NCBI GenBank assembly: GCA_934169575.1
Contig: CAKPOA010000005.1
Coordinates: 5,797-69,796 of the forward strand
Length of the DNA stretch: 64,000 bases
Source: an uncultured Clostridia bacterium
GTDB lineage: Bacteria; Bacillota; Clostridia; TANB77; CAG-508
Direction: 5' to 3'
In this document: in pieces, positions 59,439 to 64,000 of the stretch
How the letters are laid out: each line of letters starts with the position of its first letter
Numbering within the stretch: the stretch's first letter is position 1
Made by a program: the position numbers and the translations under genes
The notes under the pieces: model-generated
What the model was told of the DNA's origin: nothing
Database searches by the model: none
Seen by the model: the letters and a program-made list of their open reading frames with translations, nothing else

Positions 59439-61808
59439 ATGTTATGTAATATATGTAAAAAGAATCAGGCAGTTATATTTTCAAGTAAAGAAGAAAATGG
59501 TAAACGCCAAATGGAAGGATTATGTATTCCATGTGCCAAAAAACTTGGGATAAATACTGATGAAATATTAAAACAGCAAAATGGAGCTGTTGCACAAATG
59601 CAAGCAAATGACCTTGGTAAGCAAATCGAAGGATTAATGAAAAGTTTAGCTGATAATTTAGATGGAATTGATGGAATAGAACTAAACGCTATTCAATTTC
59701 CAAATTTTAATGAACAAGATGATAATAATGATGACACTAAAAATAAAAAAGAAAATTCTTCAGATGATTCAGAACACCATGGTGTTCAACCTATTTTTGC
59801 AGGTGCATTTCCTTTAGGCTCAATTTTTAGTTCATTTAATAATATGGATTTTCAAAATCAACAAGAGGGAAATACTAAGCAAAAAACAAAACAAAATAAA
59901 AAATCTAAAAAGAAAAAATATCTTGATACATATGGTACAAATCTTACATTTAAAGCTAAAAATAATGAACTTGATATGGTAATTGGTCGCGAAAAAGAAC
60001 TTGAACGTGTTATACAAATTTTAAATAGGCGTTCTAAAAATAATCCATGTTTAATTGGTGAACCAGGTGTTGGTAAAACAGCTATTGCAAATGGTCTTGC
60101 AATTAGAATAGCAACTCAAAATGTGCCTGCAAAATTATTAAATAAAGAAGTTTATTTATTAGATTTAACCTCTGTTCTTTCTGGTACACAATTTAGAGGT
60201 CAATTTGAAGCTAGAATGAAAGGAATTATTAATGAATGCGCTAATTTAGGAAACATCATACTTGTTATTGATGAAATTCATGGAATAATTGGAGCTGGAA
60301 CAAGTGGTGATAATGATTCTATGAATGCTGCAAATATTTTAAAACCTGCTTTAGCAAATGGTGATATACAATTGATTGGTACAACAACATTAAAAGAATA
60401 CAGAAAATATATTGAAAAAGATACAGCTCTTGAGCGTAGATTTCAACAAGTTTTAGTTGAAGAACCTTCTACAGATGATTCTATTGGAATTTTAGATGGT
60501 ATTAAGAAATATTATGAAGATTATCACAAAGTAAAAATTTCAACAGATGTAATTAGGCAAACTGTTATTATGTCTGAAAAATATATTCATGATAGATTTT
60601 TACCTGATAAGGCAATTGATGTTTTAGATGAAGCTTGTTCAAGAATCAATTTAAAAAATATTGATTTATTTAAATTAGAAGTTTTAAAAAATCAATTAAA
60701 AGCTATTCAAGAACAAAAAGAAGATGCTGCAAATGCTGATTCTACTGAAGATTATCAAAAAGCAGCTACACTTAAAACTGAAGAATGCAAATTAATTGAA
60801 CAAATTGATGAATTAAATTCACATATGAAAGTTCAAAATCTTACAGTTCAAGATATTGCAGAAGTTATTGAAAGTTGGACAAAAATTCCTGTAACCAAAA
60901 TTACAGAAGAAGAAACACAAAAGCTTTTAAATCTTGAAAACAATTTACACAAACGTGTTATTGGTCAAGATGAAGCTGTAAATGCTGTAGCTCGTGCAAT
61001 TAGAAGAAATCGTGCAGGTTTAAAAAGCACTAAACGTCCACCATCATTTATTTTTGTAGGACCTACAGGTGTTGGTAAAACTGAACTTGCAAAAAGTTTA
61101 GCATATGAAATGTTTGGAACAGAGCAATCAATTATTAGAATAGATATGTCCGAATATATGGAAAGCAATTCTTCTGCAAAACTTATTGGTGCACCTCCTG
61201 GATATGTAGGTTATGATGAAGCTGGTCAATTAACAAACAAAGTTAAACATAATCCATATTCTATTATTCTTTTAGATGAAATTGAAAAAGCACATCCAGA
61301 TATATTTAATATTTTATTACAAGTTTTAGATGATGGTATTCTTACTGATTCGCAAGGTAATAAAGTTAGTTTCCAAAATACAATTATTATAATGACATCT
61401 AATGCAGGTTCTAATCTTAATAATAATTCAATTGGTTTTGGTAATGAAACTATTGATAAATCTAAAATTGAAGATAGATTAAAAGATGTTTTTAGACCAG
61501 AATTTTTAAATAGGATAGATGAAATTGTAGCATTTAATCCACTTTCAACTGAACAATTATTAAAAATAGTTGATTTAATGCTTGAAGATACTAAAAAAGT
61601 TTTACTCGATAAAGATATATCTTTACAAGTATCTGAAAAAGCTAAAAAATTTATATTAGAAAAAGGTACAAATTTAAAATATGGTGCAAGACCTTTACGT
61701 CGTGCAATTCAAAGATATATTGAGGATGAAATTGCAGACAAAATATTAAAAGGTGAAATAAAAAATGGTGAAACAATAAAAATTACTAAATTACCATTTA
61801 CCAAATAG
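59439..61808 (+). CDS. clpE: Clp/Hsp100 ATPase, ClpE-type (N-terminal Zn finger, two AAA+ modules)
   Basis: N-terminal C-x2-C-x22-C-x2-C (CNICKKN...CIPC), and two Walker A motifs (GEPGVGKTA and GPTGVGKTE). No ClpC-type N-domain repeats. Confidence 0.8.
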   Translation: MLCNICKKNQAVIFSSKEENGKRQMEGLCIPCAKKLGINTDEILKQQNGAVAQMQANDLGKQIEGLMKSLADNLDGIDGIELNAIQFPNFNEQDDNNDDTKNKKENSSDDSEHHGVQPIFAGAFPLGSIFSSFNNMDFQNQQEGNTKQKTKQNKKSKKKKYLDTYGTNLTFKAKNNELDMVIGREKELERVIQILNRRSKNNPCLIGEPGVGKTAIANGLAIRIATQNVPAKLLNKEVYLLDLTSVLSGTQFRGQFEARMKGIINECANLGNIILVIDEIHGIIGAGTSGDNDSMNAANILKPALANGDIQLIGTTTLKEYRKYIEKDTALERRFQQVLVEEPSTDDSIGILDGIKKYYEDYHKVKISTDVIRQTVIMSEKYIHDRFLPDKAIDVLDEACSRINLKNIDLFKLEVLKNQLKAIQEQKEDAANADSTEDYQKAATLKTEECKLIEQIDELNSHMKVQNLTVQDIAEVIESWTKIPVTKITEEETQKLLNLENNLHKRVIGQDEAVNAVARAIRRNRAGLKSTKRPPSFIFVGPTGVGKTELAKSLAYEMFGTEQSIIRIDMSEYMESNSSAKLIGAPPGYVGYDEAGQLTNKVKHNPYSIILLDEIEKAHPDIFNILLQVLDDGILTDSQGNKVSFQNTIIIMTSNAGSNLNNNSIGFGNETIDKSKIEDRLKDVFRPEFLNRIDEIVAFNPLSTEQLLKIVDLMLEDTKKVLLDKDISLQVSEKAKKFILEKGTNLKYGARPLRRAIQRYIEDEIADKILKGEIKNGETIKITKLPFTK

Positions 61809-61837
61809 AGCAGACTTTTGATGAAGTCTGCTTTTTC
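61809..61837 (+). terminator. clpE terminator
   Basis: GCAGACTT-TTGATG-AAGTCTGC followed by TTTTT. Confidence 0.7.
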
Positions 61838-61861
61838 GTTGTTTGTCAGTCTTGAAAAGAT

Positions 61862-62305
61862 TTATTCAAAATTTTCTAATGTTTCATTCAGATTTTCAAT
61901 TCCTATTACTTCAATCCCAATTTCTAAATCTTCTACATCTTGGTCAGATAAATAATTAACAGAAATTGTAGTTTTTTTGTACAAATATTCGTTATTATCT
62001 TTATCTAAATAATAAACATAAATATATCCATTTTCGTTTTTTATTAAATAATGTGTATTATTATCTGCAACATAATTTTGAGCAGGCTTTTCCTTTATTA
62101 TATTTTCATTTTTTACCTGATTGGTATTTTCTTCTATTTTTTTACTTCCTGATATATTTACAATATTTTGGACTTGTTCATTTTTTAAATTATTACTAAG
62201 TTCTTCATTTTTGTTGTCTTTATTTTCTAGCATAATCCAAACTATTAAGAACAACGCAATAGCTATAATTAAACTTATTATTGAAATACACATTTTTTTA
62301 TCCAT
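61862..62305 (-). CDS. Membrane-anchored hypothetical protein (C-terminal region faintly BofC-C-like)
   Basis: N-terminal TM anchor, Asn/Lys-rich linker, and a C-terminal beta-rich domain (GYIYVYYLDKDNNEYLYKKTTISVNYLSDQDVEDLEIGIEV). ATG at 62305 behind AGAGGGGA. Confidence 0.5.
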   Translation of the reverse strand: MDKKMCISIISLIIAIALFLIVWIMLENKDNKNEELSNNLKNEQVQNIVNISGSKKIEENTNQVKNENIIKEKPAQNYVADNNTHYLIKNENGYIYVYYLDKDNNEYLYKKTTISVNYLSDQDVEDLEIGIEVIGIENLNETLENFE

Positions 62306-62324
62306 CAATATTCCCCTCTTTCTA

Positions 62325-64000
62325 TTATTTGTTATTATTTACAAATTTAGAAATTTTATACTCAAAACCATCTGTATTAATTGCAATTTCACCCATTAGA
62401 TCTGTTCTGTAAATCAAAATATTCATCTTTTCCAAATTTTCAATTGTTTGACTTGATGGATGTCCAAAATTGTTATCTTCTCCAACACCAATTAGTACCA
62501 CTTCTGGAGCAACATTTTTCAAAAAATCTATTGTACTTGAAGTTTTAGAACCATGATGTGCAATTTTCAATATAGTTGATTTTAAAATACCATATTTTTC
62601 TAAAATTGCTTTTTCTGCAACTTTTTCTATATCACCTGTAAACAGTATTGAAAATTCTTTATAATTTAATTTGCAAACTAATGAATTATTATTTATCCAA
62701 TTATCTGATATCATATTTTTTTCATCTGGCCAAATCACATCAAAATATATATTTTTTTCGATATTTAATCTATCACCTCTTTTCGCAATATCAATTTTTA
62801 TATTTCTCTTTTTTGCAATATTTATAAATTTTTCAAAATTTTTAGATTTATCATATTGTTTCCCTATAATTATATTTCTTACATTTAATTTTTCCATAAC
62901 ATATAAAATTCCTTGACAATGATCTGTATCAAAATGACTTATAATAATATAATCTAATGTTTTTATTTTTCTATCTAATAAATATGGAACTAAAATATTT
63001 TTTCCAACATCAAAATCACCAAACTCTGACCCGCCACCATCTATCAGTATTTTTTTATTTTTAGGTGTTATAATTAAACTTGAATCACCTTGTCCTACAT
63101 CTATAAAATATATTTTCATTTTTTGTGGTATACAGTTTAATGTTAGTATAAGTATTAAAATTATAATACTAGATGAAATAATTTTATTTTTATTTCGTTT
63201 TACCCTAAATTTTAATAATGCTACTAAATTTCTAATTCTTTTTTGAAATACATTTGGATGTTTTTCTTTATAAATCTTATAAATATTTGAAAAAATAAAA
63301 ATAAATAAATAATACAAAATTATAGATATAACGCTTGGTGTTGTAACATAAATTTGATTTAATGGTAAATTACTCCCTACTTCTGCTAGATTTATTACAG
63401 ATTTTATGATAAATCCTAATATATTCACATAACTATTTTTAATCATTAATATTTCTAGTATTTTATAAAATACAACAAAAATAAGTCCACCAATTACAAT
63501 TAAGCCTATTAATACACCAATTATGATACTTATAATAAAACTTGATAAATAAATTTTATTAAAAAATATCATTATAATTGGAAATATAGCAATTGTTGCA
63601 GATATAGTTACAGATTTAGAAATCCTACTTACAATTCCTATAGTTGCTCCAAATGTCAAAATTGTGCTTACGTTTAAAATTGAAAAAGGGTTATAAATTA
63701 ATAATATAAGTAATGCTAAACTTAAGTTCTGCCATATATCACTTTTTCTATATACAATTCCTGAAAATAATAATAATATAGCCATTATTGTTGCTCTAAC
63801 AACAGATTGTGAAAATCCTGTTATACACATATATATAATAATGACAAATATTGTTATTATCCTTCCTGCTCTTTTTCCTGCAATTTTTTCAAAAATGAAT
63901 TTTGTAAATATTATTAAATATCCTATATGTAATCCAGAAACTGCCATAACATCAGCTAAATTGCTTTCTAAAAAATTTTCTTTTATTTCTTCATTAAGTT
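62325..64000 (-). CDS. comEC: ComEC/Rec2 competence channel protein (C-terminal part; gene runs off right edge)
   Basis: Contains a competence-domain TM region (AVSGLHIGYL) and a C-terminal metallo-beta-lactamase domain (IDVGQGDS...ISHFDTDH...AHHGS). The frame stays open upstream of 63947 to the window edge. Confidence 0.85.
   Translation of the reverse strand, partial: LNEEIKENFLESNLADVMAVSGLHIGYLIIFTKFIFEKIAGKRAGRIITIFVIIIYMCITGFSQSVVRATIMAILLLFSGIVYRKSDIWQNLSLALLILLIYNPFSILNVSTILTFGATIGIVSRISKSVTISATIAIFPIIMIFFNKIYLSSFIISIIIGVLIGLIVIGGLIFVVFYKILEILMIKNSYVNILGFIIKSVINLAEVGSNLPLNQIYVTTPSVISIILYYLFIFIFSNIYKIYKEKHPNVFQKRIRNLVALLKFRVKRNKNKIISSSIIILILILTLNCIPQKMKIYFIDVGQGDSSLIITPKNKKILIDGGGSEFGDFDVGKNILVPYLLDRKIKTLDYIIISHFDTDHCQGILYVMEKLNVRNIIIGKQYDKSKNFEKFINIAKKRNIKIDIAKRGDRLNIEKNIYFDVIWPDEKNMISDNWINNNSLVCKLNYKEFSILFTGDIEKVAEKAILEKYGILKSTILKIAHHGSKTSSTIDFLKNVAPEVVLIGVGEDNNFGHPSSQTIENLEKMNILIYRTDLMGEIAINTDGFEYKISKFVNNNK

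Noticed and set aside
1-64000. CRISPR arrays, rRNA genes, IS transposases, integrases, prophage or toxin-antitoxin modules
   Set aside because: I found no regularly spaced direct repeats, no rRNA-like conserved blocks, and no ORF with DDE, HUH, or tyrosine/serine recombinase motifs. The foldback elements are dispersed at 9-20 kb spacing, so they are not an array.

Overview
AT-rich (about 20-30% G+C in hand-counted lines) chromosomal core segment of an endospore-forming, Clostridia-like Firmicute, judged from spo0A, a pro-sigma-K-like sigma factor, a spoVM-like micro-ORF and spoVE/ftsW. About 55 protein genes are present and more than 90% lie on the minus strand. Left to right: fba (partial), smpB, acpP, plsX, Ca-type P-ATPase, peroxiredoxin, rimI-tsaB-tsaE, two micro-ORFs, a COG2426-like membrane protein, a lone transketolase N-subunit, greA, a SecDF-like pair, a GT4 glycosyltransferase, galE, gatBAC-aspS behind a T-box, an orphan histidine kinase, a truncated dcw block (murG-ftsW-mraY-murE), a 265-aa orphan, rlmD, a GGDEF protein, a GC-rich Nudix cassette, spo0A, yigZ, nrdD, a crp/fnr regulator, sigK, argS-trpS-cysS-PBP1A, feoBA, an RNHCP protein, a LOG protein, a DnaB-like helicase, tRNA-Met, nth, a pilin-like LRR protein, a Wzy_C protein, a trmH-like gene, lepA, ileS, rnpB, clpE and comEC (partial). 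I found no CRISPR array, rRNA, transposase or integrase. The most unusual signal is a four-copy family of 150-210 nt foldback elements at about 6.2, 26.3, 36.3 and 45.5 kb. All four are intergenic and share one orientation. Each has a ~95-nt conserved asymmetric core clamped by a long stem whose sequence differs between copies but stays complementary through double substitutions. One copy is flanked by a 9-bp direct repeat. This fits a MITE-like mobile element, a structured RNA, or both, and I cannot assign it to a known family from memory. Secondary observations:
- A ~50% G+C Nudix cassette with a degenerate Nudix box.
- An aspS-gatCAB T-box whose likely specifier is Asn (AAC).
- A pilin-like LRR protein with an apparent C-terminal frameshift, next to a Wzy_C protein.
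- A divergent DnaB-like gene beside tRNA-Met.
- Micro-ORFs missed by the ORF track.
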